In this document: piece after piece, positions 41,066-51,398 of the stretch
Numbering within the stretch: position 1 is the first letter of the stretch
Layout: every line of letters begins with the position of its first letter
NCBI GenBank assembly: GCA_038999435.1
Contig: JAVZYR010000001.1
Span: 12,708-76,707 of the forward strand
Length of the DNA stretch: 64,000 bases
Origin: Candidatus Aenigmatarchaeota archaeon
Lineage (GTDB): Archaea; Aenigmatarchaeota; Aenigmatarchaeia; QMZP01
Reading direction: 5' to 3'
Made by a program: the position numbers and the translations under genes
Notes under the pieces: generated by a model
Seen by the model: the letters and a program-made list of their open reading frames with translations, nothing else
The model's database searches: none
What the model was told of the DNA's origin: nothing

Positions 41066-41818
41066 CTACTTAGACATTTGTGCTAATCTAGACCTTACCT
41101 CTTCAAGTTCTTTAACTGTATTAACAGGAATCCACATTTCTACAGGGAGAAAACATGAGTATATTTTTTTCTTTTTTGCAAGAAAAGGAAAAACTGTTTT
41201 TTCCCATTCAACAGGTATTTTGCTATTGAGTGGAATGTATTTTTCGATTGCATCAAAAAATTCTGGCTCTGCGATGAATATGCCCGTATTTGTAGGTATT
41301 CGGATTATTGGCTTCTCTTCAAATCCTTGCACAATACCATTATTTCTAATTTTTGCTGCACCAAAAGGATATTTCTGACCCTTTGTGAAAAGCACCGTAA
41401 TGGCTGTATTAAATCTTTTAATCCCGATTAGGTGTGCCTTGAGCAATACCTCAGGATATTTGTCATCAAGTATAACATCATCAGGAAAGACAAAGATAGA
41501 GCGTTTTCTTTCAACTGCCCCATCTTTCAATGCATGTCTTAGGGCAAGGCCTTTTCCTGGTGCAATACCAGGCTTAAAAGGTGGATCAGGGTAAAATTTT
41601 ATATCAAGCCTTTTATATTTTCTGCTAACATGTTTTACGATTTCCTTATGTTTTCCATAGAGAATTATAAAATTTTTTGCTCCATATTTCAAAAGCTGTT
41701 TAATAGTTCTATCAAGAAGTGTATTTTTGTCTATTTTAATAAGGGCTTTTGGTTTTTTGATGCCCATCCTTTTAGCCATGCCACCAGCAAGTATAACAAT
41801 TTGAATATCCTTTAACAT
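41066..41818 (-). CDS. Sugar-phosphate nucleotidyltransferase.
   Basis: N-terminus ILAGGMAKRMG (G-x-G-x-R NTP-transferase motif). Confidence 0.8.
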   Translation of the reverse strand: MLKDIQIVILAGGMAKRMGIKKPKALIKIDKNTLLDRTIKQLLKYGAKNFIILYGKHKEIVKHVSRKYKRLDIKFYPDPPFKPGIAPGKGLALRHALKDGAVERKRSIFVFPDDVILDDKYPEVLLKAHLIGIKRFNTAITVLFTKGQKYPFGAAKIRNNGIVQGFEEKPIIRIPTNTGIFIAEPEFFDAIEKYIPLNSKIPVEWEKTVFPFLAKKKKIYSCFLPVEMWIPVNTVKELEEVRSRLAQMSK

Positions 41819-41913
41819 AAAATTGATTGTATGCTTGTTTTAAAAATATGTAGAAGAATCTAAAGCTTTTAAATAACCAAAAACAATTTTAACATTAAAA
41901 ATGGAGGTTTGAA

Positions 41914-42141
41914 ATGGTAGAATTTGAAACACTGAAAACAGAAGAAGTAAAATTTGGGAAAAATAACTTCATAGAGATAGCAAGGAAAAAAGCAATAGCG
42001 ACAGACAATGAAAATGAGTTTATTGCAATAAGCCGAGGGTTTTTCCTTCCTGATGGCACGAGGCGATACAAGAGATCGATAGCGATACCTGATGAAAAAG
42101 AAATAAAAGAGTTTATATCTGAAAAATTAAAAGAAATCTAA
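41914..42141 (+). CDS. Small hypothetical protein (75 aa).
   Basis: SD TGGAGGTTTGAAATG; no motif recognised. Confidence 0.45.
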   Translation: MVEFETLKTEEVKFGKNNFIEIARKKAIATDNENEFIAISRGFFLPDGTRRYKRSIAIPDEKEIKEFISEKLKEI

Positions 42142-42164
42142 TATAATTCTGGCAAATATTTAAT

Positions 42165-43817
42165 ATGTTAAGCCAGAAAGACAAAGATGTAGTTTTAAGG
42201 TTCTGTCTACAAAATGCAATTTTACATAATGGAAAGGCTGATGAAAAGGCAGTTCTTAGTAAAGTATTAGGTACAAGGCCAGAGCTTAGAGTAAAAATAG
42301 ATGAACTTAGAAAAGAGATAAACAAAATCATTAAAGATATAAATAAACTTGACATATCTAAACAAAAAGAAAAACTTGAAAAAATAGCACCAGAACTTCT
42401 TGAAAAAGAAAAAGAAAAATTTGAACTTCCAGATATCAAAACAAAAGAGAAGTTTGTCACAAGGTTTGCACCATCACCAACAGGCCCTTTAAATATATTT
42501 CATTTTCTCAGACCAGTATACATACCATATTATTATGCAAAAAAATATCATGGAATATGGATATTGAGATTCGATGATACTGACCCGGCAAGAATAGAAA
42601 GGCAATTTTACGATTTTATAATTGAAGATTTGAGAAATTTTGGTATAATCCCAGATAAAATCATATATCAATCTGATAGCATTGAAGATTGTTATTCAAA
42701 GGCAAAAAAACTTTTAGATGAGAAAAAGGCATACATATGCACATGCCCTGTCGAAAAATTTAAGGAATTAAAAGAAAGAAAAATCAATTGCCCATGCAGG
42801 GATGGAAGGCATGCAAAGCTCTGGTCAGAAATCCTTACAGGAAAAATAAAAGAAGGTCATGCAGTTGTCAGGCTTAAAACAAGCATGCAGAGTCCAAATC
42901 CGGCTATAAGGGACCCACCTCTGCTTAGAATCATAGAGGCAGAGCATCCGAGAAAAGGTAAAAAATATAAATTGTGGCCTGTGTATAACTTTGCTTCAGT
43001 TATATGTGACCATAATGAAGGCATAACCCACATTTTTAGAGGAAAGGAGCATGAACATAATACAGAAATTCAGAAAATGATATATTCTGCATTAGGATGG
43101 GATACCCCTTCTGTGATAAATTTTGGCATGATATACTTTCCAACTGAAAAGATGCACACAAGGGACATAAAAAGGGCAATAAAGGAAGGTAAGCTGAAAG
43201 GATGGGATGATCCACGGTTACCAACATTAAGAGCATTATTAAGAAGAGGTTTTGACCCTGAAGCATTGAAACAACTTTCTTTAAAAATTGGCCTGACAAA
43301 AACAGACATCAAACTTGGCTGGGAAAATATAGAAGCATTTAACCGAAAGATTATAGACCCAAAATCTAATAGATATTTTTTCGTTCCAAACCCTGTCAGA
43401 ATATCCATTGATGGGATAAAAACAAAAGAGGTCAAACTTAAATTACATCCTGATTTTGGTGAAAGAGGTGAGAGGGTAATACCAGTAGAACGAGATAGGA
43501 TATATATAGATAGGAGCGATTGGGAAAAGATGCAGGGAAAGGAGGTAAGGCTTATTGGTTTGTGCAATATAAGGCTAAAAGGTGATAAAGGTGAATGTAC
43601 AGGTTTGGAGATCAAAAAGGAGATTCAAAAGATTCAATGGGTCTCAGAACCTCATTTAAATCTAAGGCTCATCAGGCCAGAAGGAGAAATTAGCGGTTTT
43701 TGCGAGCCTGATTTGGTTAAGGTTGAAATAGGGAAAACTGTGCAGTTAGAGCGGATAGGTTTTGGCAGGGTCGATGCGAAAAATTCTGAGATTGTGATAT
43801 ATTGGGCACATCAATAA
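42165..43817 (+). CDS. gltX: Glutamyl-tRNA synthetase, archaeal type.
   Basis: HIGH-like FAPSPTGPLNIFH; archaeal-type N-terminal helical domain. Confidence 0.85.
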   Translation: MLSQKDKDVVLRFCLQNAILHNGKADEKAVLSKVLGTRPELRVKIDELRKEINKIIKDINKLDISKQKEKLEKIAPELLEKEKEKFELPDIKTKEKFVTRFAPSPTGPLNIFHFLRPVYIPYYYAKKYHGIWILRFDDTDPARIERQFYDFIIEDLRNFGIIPDKIIYQSDSIEDCYSKAKKLLDEKKAYICTCPVEKFKELKERKINCPCRDGRHAKLWSEILTGKIKEGHAVVRLKTSMQSPNPAIRDPPLLRIIEAEHPRKGKKYKLWPVYNFASVICDHNEGITHIFRGKEHEHNTEIQKMIYSALGWDTPSVINFGMIYFPTEKMHTRDIKRAIKEGKLKGWDDPRLPTLRALLRRGFDPEALKQLSLKIGLTKTDIKLGWENIEAFNRKIIDPKSNRYFFVPNPVRISIDGIKTKEVKLKLHPDFGERGERVIPVERDRIYIDRSDWEKMQGKEVRLIGLCNIRLKGDKGECTGLEIKKEIQKIQWVSEPHLNLRLIRPEGEISGFCEPDLVKVEIGKTVQLERIGFGRVDAKNSEIVIYWAHQ

Positions 43818-43818
43818 A

Positions 43819-45876
43819 TCATATTATCCCAAGCCCAGCTAATGCCTCTTTAATAAGGCTGCCGAACATAGAACTTGTTGCAATAGCAATGAGCATGTAG
43901 AATATGAGGGCGATTAAAATCATCTGGCCAGCTGTCGCTTTTAGAGAGACAGGATCTTCTCCCTTATCAATCTTTATCAGGAAGAGTGCAAGCACAAAAA
44001 CAATTTCAAGCAGATATATACCTACTATCAGTTGAAACATAGATGCTGTGATGGATGGTGCACCCATGCTGATAAGACTAAAATTTAATCCACCTATCGG
44101 TCCACCAGCCCCTGCAACACTTTGTAGATAATCTCCTAATTTGATTAAAACCTGAACTATCACATCTGTCATTGCAACAATGAGCCCTGATATCATTGGC
44201 GTAAGAAAGTATGCCTGAAATTTCATCGAACTTGTTGTATCAGAGAGGATCTCCCTTATATATTCTTGCGTCTCCTTTATTGATTTGAGATAATTTGCAA
44301 TTCTAAGCATACTTTCAGATGCATATCTCACACCTTTCTTTGCAGTATCTATAACCGTGTACATGATATTCTCGATGAGTCTTGATGGATAGTATTTTAT
44401 TGCACCCCATTGTTTGTCAAACAACGCTTGCTCAAATGTCATGCCAAGTGTTCTCATATTCTTTAATGTATGTTTGAAAAGGCCTGCTATTTCCATATCT
44501 TTCAGCTCACCTATTGCATATTCCATTGCAACCTCTGTCGGAATTCCACCAGCAACTCTATTTCCGAGCTGGAAGAGTGCAAGTTCAAATTCTGATTCAA
44601 TCTTTTGGATGGAATTCTGTATTTTTATCATCTGATGTGATGAGAGGAAGAAATAGGCACCAACAGCAAAACCAACAGCCATGACAATCAAACCGGACAT
44701 GGTCATCGAAAGTATAGGGTTTGGATCATATACTGCTTTTGGTTGTTGTGTTTCAGGGTCAAATGGAGGGATGAGAAAATCAGGGTTTGTTATAAAATAT
44801 ATAAATCCAGGGGTAGCAAGGATGATAAAGACGCAAAGGGATATTGGCCATATCGGCATATCCTTTTTCCCAATCCTAAGATGTCCAGGTTTTGGTAGTT
44901 CGGGATGTCGAGAGATGTCAATCTGGGAAAAAGTTGCAGGCCTTTTGTTAAGTGTATTTGTAATAAACCATATTATCACAATAGGAAGGATAATATTATA
45001 ACCCAAAACAAAATGAACAGGTGATACAAGGTTTGCAAGAAAAACAGCAGCTAATGGCGCCATGATTGTGCCGAGTACTGGGAGTATAATCCCCATCATG
45101 TGTATGACCATAACAGGCATCTTTAGATCCTGTGCATAATGTTTCATTCTCGTCTTTGTCCCTTCGAGCACAACATTTAGTGCTTGGTCTAGAACCTCTT
45201 TTGCCCTTTCAGGTGGTTGGAATTGAGAATCCTTAATGAGTCGTAAAGATTCCGCAAATTCTTCATTTTCGAATTTCCATTTTTTGATATATGCATCGAT
45301 TGCCTCATTTGCAGATGGGTATATCCGCATTTCTATATCCCAGAGGAGTTTTCTCATATCCCATGCAAGTTCGCCTGATACATTAAGTGCTGCAAATTTC
45401 AATGCCCTTTCTAGATTTGGTGAAACCCTCATCGACACGACCATATAAAGGATTGCCAGCACAATCTGCGCCGATGCCTTTATTCGATAGTTTTTAACGA
45501 GATTTAATGGATATTTCAAGAAATAATACGAAACAAGAAAACCCATTGCCATAATGAGCATCCCGCCTATTATAGGGACACCGAATGCAACTATTGCAAT
45601 CACACCAAGGACCACAAATGAAATTATCGTCAAAATCATCAATGCCATAACAGATTCTGGTGTAACTCTTAGTCCAGTAAAAGCAACAGCAGATTCTATA
45701 TTTCTTTTAACATCATCACTTGGCTTGACTTTGATAAGTGATGCTGCAATGTCATTCAATCTTTCATACCAGTTTTTCTTTCTTTCAGCAACCTCTTTGA
45801 AAATTTTGTATTCTCTTGTGACAAGTTCAGGTTCCTTTTTAATCTCTGGCTCTTTTTTCTTTCCAAATAAAACCAT
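43819..45876 (-). CDS. Polytopic membrane protein with two T2SS-F-like cytoplasmic domains (TadC/FlaJ/PilC-like pilus platform protein).
   Basis: Two repeats of [cytoplasmic helical domain + TM cluster]; GE.sG.L-like motifs (SGELAWDMRKLL; GMTFEQALF...YP). Confidence 0.55.
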   Translation of the reverse strand: MVLFGKKKEPEIKKEPELVTREYKIFKEVAERKKNWYERLNDIAASLIKVKPSDDVKRNIESAVAFTGLRVTPESVMALMILTIISFVVLGVIAIVAFGVPIIGGMLIMAMGFLVSYYFLKYPLNLVKNYRIKASAQIVLAILYMVVSMRVSPNLERALKFAALNVSGELAWDMRKLLWDIEMRIYPSANEAIDAYIKKWKFENEEFAESLRLIKDSQFQPPERAKEVLDQALNVVLEGTKTRMKHYAQDLKMPVMVIHMMGIILPVLGTIMAPLAAVFLANLVSPVHFVLGYNIILPIVIIWFITNTLNKRPATFSQIDISRHPELPKPGHLRIGKKDMPIWPISLCVFIILATPGFIYFITNPDFLIPPFDPETQQPKAVYDPNPILSMTMSGLIVMAVGFAVGAYFFLSSHQMIKIQNSIQKIESEFELALFQLGNRVAGGIPTEVAMEYAIGELKDMEIAGLFKHTLKNMRTLGMTFEQALFDKQWGAIKYYPSRLIENIMYTVIDTAKKGVRYASESMLRIANYLKSIKETQEYIREILSDTTSSMKFQAYFLTPMISGLIVAMTDVIVQVLIKLGDYLQSVAGAGGPIGGLNFSLISMGAPSITASMFQLIVGIYLLEIVFVLALFLIKIDKGEDPVSLKATAGQMILIALIFYMLIAIATSSMFGSLIKEALAGLGII

Positions 45877-45878
45877 AT

Positions 45879-46484
45879 TTAAATTTTATTTTTTCGAATA
45901 TAAGAGAGGATTGCTGGAAGCTCTGATACATTGTTTATACTGAAATCAGCATCTATTCCAACACCAACCACAATACAACCTGCTCTATGACCTGCATCCA
46001 CATCTGCTTTTGTATCACCAACCAACAATGCCTCTTTTGGTTTTATACCTAATGCTTTGCATGCTTTAGTTATTGCTTCAGGGTTTGGTTTACCATCATT
46101 CACATCATCTCCGGTTATGATTGCATCAAACTTCCATTTTGTCATTTTCACAATCTCCATAACCTCATTTTTAGGAGAGTTCGTCACAAGGGCAATTCTA
46201 AACATTTTGCTAATTTTTTCCAAAACAGGTCCCGATGCCTTTAAAATTTTTATTTTATCCAAATAACCAAAATGTTTTTCATTGCAGTATTTTACTGCAT
46301 CATTACCAAGCCCAAACTTTTTGAGATTAGATTTCACATCATATCCCCAAAAGTTTTTTCTAAAATTTTCCTTGCTAATTTTTTCAAGTCCATATTTTTC
46401 AAGCGTTGCATTTATTGCTTCAAACCAGCTTTCAAATGAATCAATCAATACACCATCAAGGTCAAAAAGCACGGCCTTTATCAT
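45879..46484 (-). CDS. HAD-superfamily hydrolase (beta-phosphoglucomutase-like phosphatase).
   Basis: Motif I AVLFDLDGVLIDS; start trimmed to MIKAV. Confidence 0.8.
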   Translation of the reverse strand: MIKAVLFDLDGVLIDSFESWFEAINATLEKYGLEKISKENFRKNFWGYDVKSNLKKFGLGNDAVKYCNEKHFGYLDKIKILKASGPVLEKISKMFRIALVTNSPKNEVMEIVKMTKWKFDAIITGDDVNDGKPNPEAITKACKALGIKPKEALLVGDTKADVDAGHRAGCIVVGVGIDADFSINNVSELPAILSYIRKNKI

Positions 46485-46510
46485 TTTAATTTTTGTTTTA
46501 TAATTAAGAT

Positions 46511-47251
46511 ATGATTGAATTCGTAATAGCATTTTTAGCCTATCTCGTTGCAGGTCTTTTGGATTTGAAAACAACAGAATTTCCAAATTGGATACCATAT
46601 TCTCTCATTGCATCCATACTTGCTATAAACATCATCCGTTCATTTTCAATCCCTGATATATCAATTTTCATTGGCTCACTTACATTCGGTATGATTTTTC
46701 TTGCAGCAGGTTTATTGCTTTATGCAGCAAGGGCATGGGGTGATGGTGATGCTTGGCTTTTTGGTTCGTTGGGGTTCATTTTTTATTTTTCTCCTCTAAA
46801 AATCCTCATTGTTTTCTCGATAACTGCACTAATATACACAATTTTGTACTCTTTCTATATTGGCCTTCGCAATGATAAAGTCTTGAAGGCATTTAAAAAA
46901 GAAATCAGAACAAAGAGAAATGTTTTATGCATCATTTTTTCGGTATTTACACTTTTTTCTATTTTTACATACAATCTTTTAAAACAGCCAATTATTATTT
47001 TCTTACCTCTTTTCATCCTTTTTATCTTATTTTATATACCTTTTGCATTACATGTTGAAAGAATATGTTTTAGAAAAAGAATACATGTTTCAGAGCTAAC
47101 CATGAATCATATTCCCATAAAAAGTCTGTTAAGAAATATGAAACCTGAGGAACTCGAGAGATTGAAAAAAAGGAATGGGTACATATGGGTTAAAGAAGGT
47201 ATCAGATTTAGTCCGGTCTTTTTTTTGACACTACTCTTTACATTGGTTTAA
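46511..47251 (+). CDS. Archaeal class III (prepilin/preflagellin) signal peptidase, A24 family (PibD/FlaK-like).
   Basis: Polytopic; first catalytic Asp context LLDLKTTEFPN (compare YxDLKxRE); second Asp motif AWGDGDAWLFG (compare GGxDxKL). Confidence 0.6.
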   Translation: MIEFVIAFLAYLVAGLLDLKTTEFPNWIPYSLIASILAINIIRSFSIPDISIFIGSLTFGMIFLAAGLLLYAARAWGDGDAWLFGSLGFIFYFSPLKILIVFSITALIYTILYSFYIGLRNDKVLKAFKKEIRTKRNVLCIIFSVFTLFSIFTYNLLKQPIIIFLPLFILFILFYIPFALHVERICFRKRIHVSELTMNHIPIKSLLRNMKPEELERLKKRNGYIWVKEGIRFSPVFFLTLLFTLV

Positions 47252-47274
47252 AAATAAAAAGAAGGGCAAGAAGT

Positions 47275-47571
47275 TTATATCTTTTTGACTCTTTCTATGC
47301 CAACCTTTGACACAATTGGCTTTTTGACTTTTGCAGGAAGCCATGATGGTCTGTTTTCAGGTGCTGGCACAACCTTCACAGAACCCTTGAAGACGTGTAT
47401 AGTGTATGTTTTGTCTTTATTCCTTCTTCCTCTTTCCCTTAGCCTTATGTCCTTGTAGCCTCTTGTTGCTGCTTTAAGTGCTGCCTGTCGAGGTGATCTG
47501 CCGGTAAAAATAGCCACTTTCTTGCCCGTTTTCATTATATAATACTTTTTAGCTTTCTTTGCTTTTGCCAT
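47275..47571 (-). CDS. Chromosomal protein MC1.
   Basis: Aligns along its length to Methanosarcina MC1 (FTGRSPRQAALKAATRGY..IRLRERG...HVFKG...APENRPSWLPAKVKKP.V.K). Confidence 0.8.
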   Translation of the reverse strand: MAKAKKAKKYYIMKTGKKVAIFTGRSPRQAALKAATRGYKDIRLRERGRRNKDKTYTIHVFKGSVKVVPAPENRPSWLPAKVKKPIVSKVGIERVKKI

Positions 47572-47647
47572 GTATCCACCTCTTTTTGATTTTTGTCAAA
47601 AGGATTTATAAATCTTTCTTTAAATAGGTTCTTAGAATGCTCAGATA

Positions 47648-48265
47648 CTATCTTGTCTTACTCATGAGAGGGCTATTTAAATGATCTGTATTATTTATAA
47701 GCTCGATCTGTGATGTCCCATCTTTATTTATTTTAATAATATTCAGAGCTGTTTTGTCCTGTTCTAATTTTCTATATTCATTTCTAGGTAATTTGGTTAA
47801 ATAAAACAATAATTCCATAATTACTGCACCATGAGTTACGATCAAGACTGTTTTATCAGAATATTTTTTAGCAATTTTTTTAAAAAAATTCACAACTCTT
47901 TTTTGTACTTCAAGACAACTTTCTCCATCTTTTGGTTTATATTTATGAAACTCTATATTGCTTTTCTTTACAGCATCAAATAATTTCTCTTTGGGTTTGC
48001 CTTGAAAAATTCCGAAATTTCTTTCCCTTAATTCTCTTTTAAACTCTATTTTCACATGATGATATTTGTTAATTATTTCTGCAGTTTCCTTTGCTCTTTT
48101 CAAATCACTTGAAAAAATTATATCTATATTAATATTTTTCAATCGTTTAGCAATTTTTTCTGCTTGTAAAATACCATTTTGATTTAAGCTTTCATCTATC
48201 CATCCAAGAAAAATTCCTTTATTATTATAGTCTGTTTCAGCGTGTCTAACCAATAATAACCTCAT
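47648..48265 (-). CDS. Histidine phosphatase (phosphoglycerate mutase-like) family.
   Basis: N-terminal LLLVRHAETDYN (RHG motif). Confidence 0.8.
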   Translation of the reverse strand: MRLLLVRHAETDYNNKGIFLGWIDESLNQNGILQAEKIAKRLKNINIDIIFSSDLKRAKETAEIINKYHHVKIEFKRELRERNFGIFQGKPKEKLFDAVKKSNIEFHKYKPKDGESCLEVQKRVVNFFKKIAKKYSDKTVLIVTHGAVIMELLFYLTKLPRNEYRKLEQDKTALNIIKINKDGTSQIELINNTDHLNSPLMSKTR

Positions 48266-48382
48266 ATTATTAATTCCACATATTTTCTCATTCTATAACC
48301 TTCAGCTATTCTATTCAATTTTTGCATCTACTTTCTGAGTATCTTACATCTGACTTTTCCAAGTTTTGGCCATCAAGACCCA

Positions 48383-49522
48383 TCATTTTTTTAGTTTATA
48401 TTTCCTTTTTCTGAAAAACCAATATCCAAGCCCAGCTAATAAAAACATCCCTATGATTACAAACAACCCTTGGTTTTCCTTCTTCTCAAAATTCAACACA
48501 ATATCCTTTGATTCATGAACATCCTCAAGCTCAGGTCCTATGTATGTCAGATTAAGATGACCACTTCCTTGTAAAATAAGTGGGTAAGAAAAGGTCACTT
48601 TTTTATTTGGTTTAAGAGAGCTTGTGTAATCTATGCCTATGACTTTTCCATCAATTATTAGTTCTGCTGTTATTGCTTTTGCTTCAGCAGTACCTTTATT
48701 TGCAACTTCTATATCTAATTTCTGCCTTTCGAGGTTTGGTTTTATGTCAATTATCATAAGTGACACAGAACCCTTAATTGGAATACCAATCGAAAAGGAA
48801 TTTGTCCAACCCTGCCCTGATTCATCAACATAGAACACAGTTAGGTTTGACAAATATGTTTTGTATTCTGCTTCAGGGCTCACAGAAAGATTTATTTCAG
48901 CTATTTTGCTTTGACCTGGTTTTAGCTCATCCAAATATTTTGAGACCGAAAATATCGGCGTGATTTCAGACACTGATATAAAATTTGTCCTTATCTGTCT
49001 TGCGTCTCCAGTCCCAACATTGCTTAAATTTATTTTCATTGTTATTTGCCCACCAGGTTCTGCAACCCCTTCCATATCCACATCCTGAATAACAAGTTCT
49101 GGTTTACCTTGCACAGCAACAAAGACCTTATACAAAACCCATATCTTTGGATCATTTCTATACACTTTAAATCCTATCTCGTAATCTCCGCTTACAGCTT
49201 TTGAATCAACTATCAATTTCCAACTTGCCTTTACAGAGCTTCTTGGAGAAATCTTGGAAAATGTCTTTACTTTCTCCTCTCCAGGTAAAACTTTGAATGG
49301 GAGATTTTCTATTATTTCAATGCTATAATTTTCTGCTGCTTCAAAACCATTATTTTGTACCTCAATCTCTATGCTAAGGTTTTGACCAGGCTGAACAGGG
49401 TATGGTAGTTGTTTTGTTAAGATTATATTTAGGGATGATGCTTCAAAATACTCTGCTTTAGCAACTGTAAACATAGCAATGAAAATAAGCATCCCAATGC
49501 AAATATAACCATTTATTTTCAT
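48383..49522 (-). CDS. Cell-surface protein with signal peptide, CARDB-like beta domains, and a C-terminal TM plus polybasic tail.
   Basis: Signal MKINGYICIGMLIFIAMFTVAKA; C-terminal LFVIIGMFLLAGLGYWFFRKRKYKLKK; upstream of and co-oriented with the ABC transporter. Confidence 0.6.
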   Translation of the reverse strand: MKINGYICIGMLIFIAMFTVAKAEYFEASSLNIILTKQLPYPVQPGQNLSIEIEVQNNGFEAAENYSIEIIENLPFKVLPGEEKVKTFSKISPRSSVKASWKLIVDSKAVSGDYEIGFKVYRNDPKIWVLYKVFVAVQGKPELVIQDVDMEGVAEPGGQITMKINLSNVGTGDARQIRTNFISVSEITPIFSVSKYLDELKPGQSKIAEINLSVSPEAEYKTYLSNLTVFYVDESGQGWTNSFSIGIPIKGSVSLMIIDIKPNLERQKLDIEVANKGTAEAKAITAELIIDGKVIGIDYTSSLKPNKKVTFSYPLILQGSGHLNLTYIGPELEDVHESKDIVLNFEKKENQGLFVIIGMFLLAGLGYWFFRKRKYKLKK

Positions 49523-50247
49523 TTTATCACCTTATCGAGCTTTACAATCTTGTGGTCCTTCTTTACTATTTCTTTTATTATCGTTCCATCCTTTAAATAT
49601 ACAACCCTATTTGCATATCTTGTGATTTCAGGGTCATGTGTGACGACTACAAAAGTATAGCCCTTTTCTATGTTTAGCCATTCAAGCAAGGTCAAGATCT
49701 GTTTTCCTGTTTTTGTATCAAGATTTCCTGTCGGCTCATCAGCAAGTATGATTTTTGGCTGGTTCGCAAGGGCCCGGGCAATAGCAACCCTTTGCTGCTC
49801 ACCACCTGAGAGAAGACCTGACATGTGATTCATTCTATGACCAAGTCCGACCATGTCAAGCAGCTTTTTAGCTTCTTCGATTGCCATCTTTTTGCTTTTT
49901 CCTGCAATCCTTAAAGCAAGCTCAACATTTTCAACAGGCGTAAATGTTCTAATGAGATTGTATTCCTGAAAAACGAAGCCTAATTTTTCTTTTCTTATTT
50001 TTGCCAGTTGATCATCATCAAGCTTTGATACATCTTTGCCATCTATCCACACACAGCCTTCATCCGGTTTTAGAAGACAACCAATGATATCAAGCAGTGT
50101 TGTTTTTCCTGAACCAGAAGGCCCGACTATCGTTATAAAGTCACCTCTCATCACAGTAAGATTTATACCTTTTAATACCCTAACCTCATTTGGCATGCCT
50201 TTATTGTATGTTTTTTTCACACCCTTTAGCTCTATTATTTTATTCAT
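49519..50247 (-). CDS. ABC transporter ATP-binding protein (MacB/LolD-like).
   Basis: Walker A GPSGSGKTTLL, signature LSGGEQQRVAIARAL, Walker B ILADEPTGNLD. Confidence 0.9.
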   Translation of the reverse strand: MNKIIELKGVKKTYNKGMPNEVRVLKGINLTVMRGDFITIVGPSGSGKTTLLDIIGCLLKPDEGCVWIDGKDVSKLDDDQLAKIRKEKLGFVFQEYNLIRTFTPVENVELALRIAGKSKKMAIEEAKKLLDMVGLGHRMNHMSGLLSGGEQQRVAIARALANQPKIILADEPTGNLDTKTGKQILTLLEWLNIEKGYTFVVVTHDPEITRYANRVVYLKDGTIIKEIVKKDHKIVKLDKVIK

Positions 50248-51367
50248 ATCTCAATGCTGCCACAGGATCGAGTTTTGAAGCGCGCCACGCAGGCCATGCA
50301 CCTCCAATTAAACCTAAAAACAGGGCAAACACAAAACTGAATACAGCAAGTCCTGGGGTCACAACAGGTCTTATCATAAAACCAGAATAAAATGATATGA
50401 TTTCAGATGCAAAAAAGCCGAATGCTATTCCTGCAATCCCACCTATTGCAGATAGCATGATTGCTTCAAGCATAAATTGAATTAAAACCCTTTTATTTGT
50501 CGCGCCTATTGCCTTCAACACACCAATTTCTCTTCTTCTTTCCATCACTGTCATTACCATCGTATTCATAACACCAAGACCACCCACAACTGCTGCTATT
50601 GCACCTATACCTAATGTGAAGAACCTTATCTGGCTTATCATCTGTTCTGCTTGTCTTGCTGTCTCTTTAGGTGTTATTACATCAACATTTTCTATTGTAT
50701 TTTTTATCTCATCTGCTAACAACTCCACTTTTCCTATATCTTCAGGTATGGCATAAATCATCTGAAATGTATCTACTTTTAAGATTTCCTGAAGATCGGA
50801 AAGCGGGATTATTATTGCATTGTCTATGTCCATTATATGTGTCTTTTCAAGTATACCTACAATCTCAAATGATTGGCCAGCTATCTCAAAATTATCACCT
50901 ACTTCTAAACCAAAAAGGTCTGCTGTATCCTTTCCTGCTAATGCTACCTGATAATCTCCAGATTCAATCTGTCTTCCGTCGTACAGTTCTATCCTTTCAC
51001 CCTTGAAATATTCGATCTTCTCAGGATCTATACCAATTGCCCACCATTGTGGTATTCCTAAACCCATACCTCTTTCAAAATAAACCATAACAGGTACAGC
51101 GTCTTTTATTCCACTAAATGTCTTAATAGACTCTAACTCTGTTTCTGTTAGTTTGCTTGACAATGAAGTAAAAATACCACTTGCACCCGATTCAACTATT
51201 ATCAGCTTCCCACTTGTAAGTTCAAGATTCCTTTGCACAGTTACATTCAGTCCATCTGCAATTGCTCCAAGTGCAACGATTGCAGCAATCCCGATTAATA
51301 TACCTAAAGCAGTTAAAAATGATCTTGTCCGCACTCGGGTTATGTTTTTCAATGCAATATCAAGCAT
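50240..51367 (-). CDS. ABC transporter permease, FtsX/MacB family.
   Basis: N-terminal TM, large extracytoplasmic domain, then three C-terminal TM helices. Confidence 0.8.
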   Translation of the reverse strand: MLDIALKNITRVRTRSFLTALGILIGIAAIVALGAIADGLNVTVQRNLELTSGKLIIVESGASGIFTSLSSKLTETELESIKTFSGIKDAVPVMVYFERGMGLGIPQWWAIGIDPEKIEYFKGERIELYDGRQIESGDYQVALAGKDTADLFGLEVGDNFEIAGQSFEIVGILEKTHIMDIDNAIIIPLSDLQEILKVDTFQMIYAIPEDIGKVELLADEIKNTIENVDVITPKETARQAEQMISQIRFFTLGIGAIAAVVGGLGVMNTMVMTVMERRREIGVLKAIGATNKRVLIQFMLEAIMLSAIGGIAGIAFGFFASEIISFYSGFMIRPVVTPGLAVFSFVFALFLGLIGGAWPAWRASKLDPVAALRYE

Positions 51368-51398
51368 ATTATAAATACCATTTCAATATAAAATTGCT

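Noticed and set aside
42165-42470. N-terminal about 100-aa extension of GluRS as a novel appended domain
   Set aside because: Archaeal and eukaryotic GluRS normally carry this helical N-terminal domain (LQNA..H.GKA motif).
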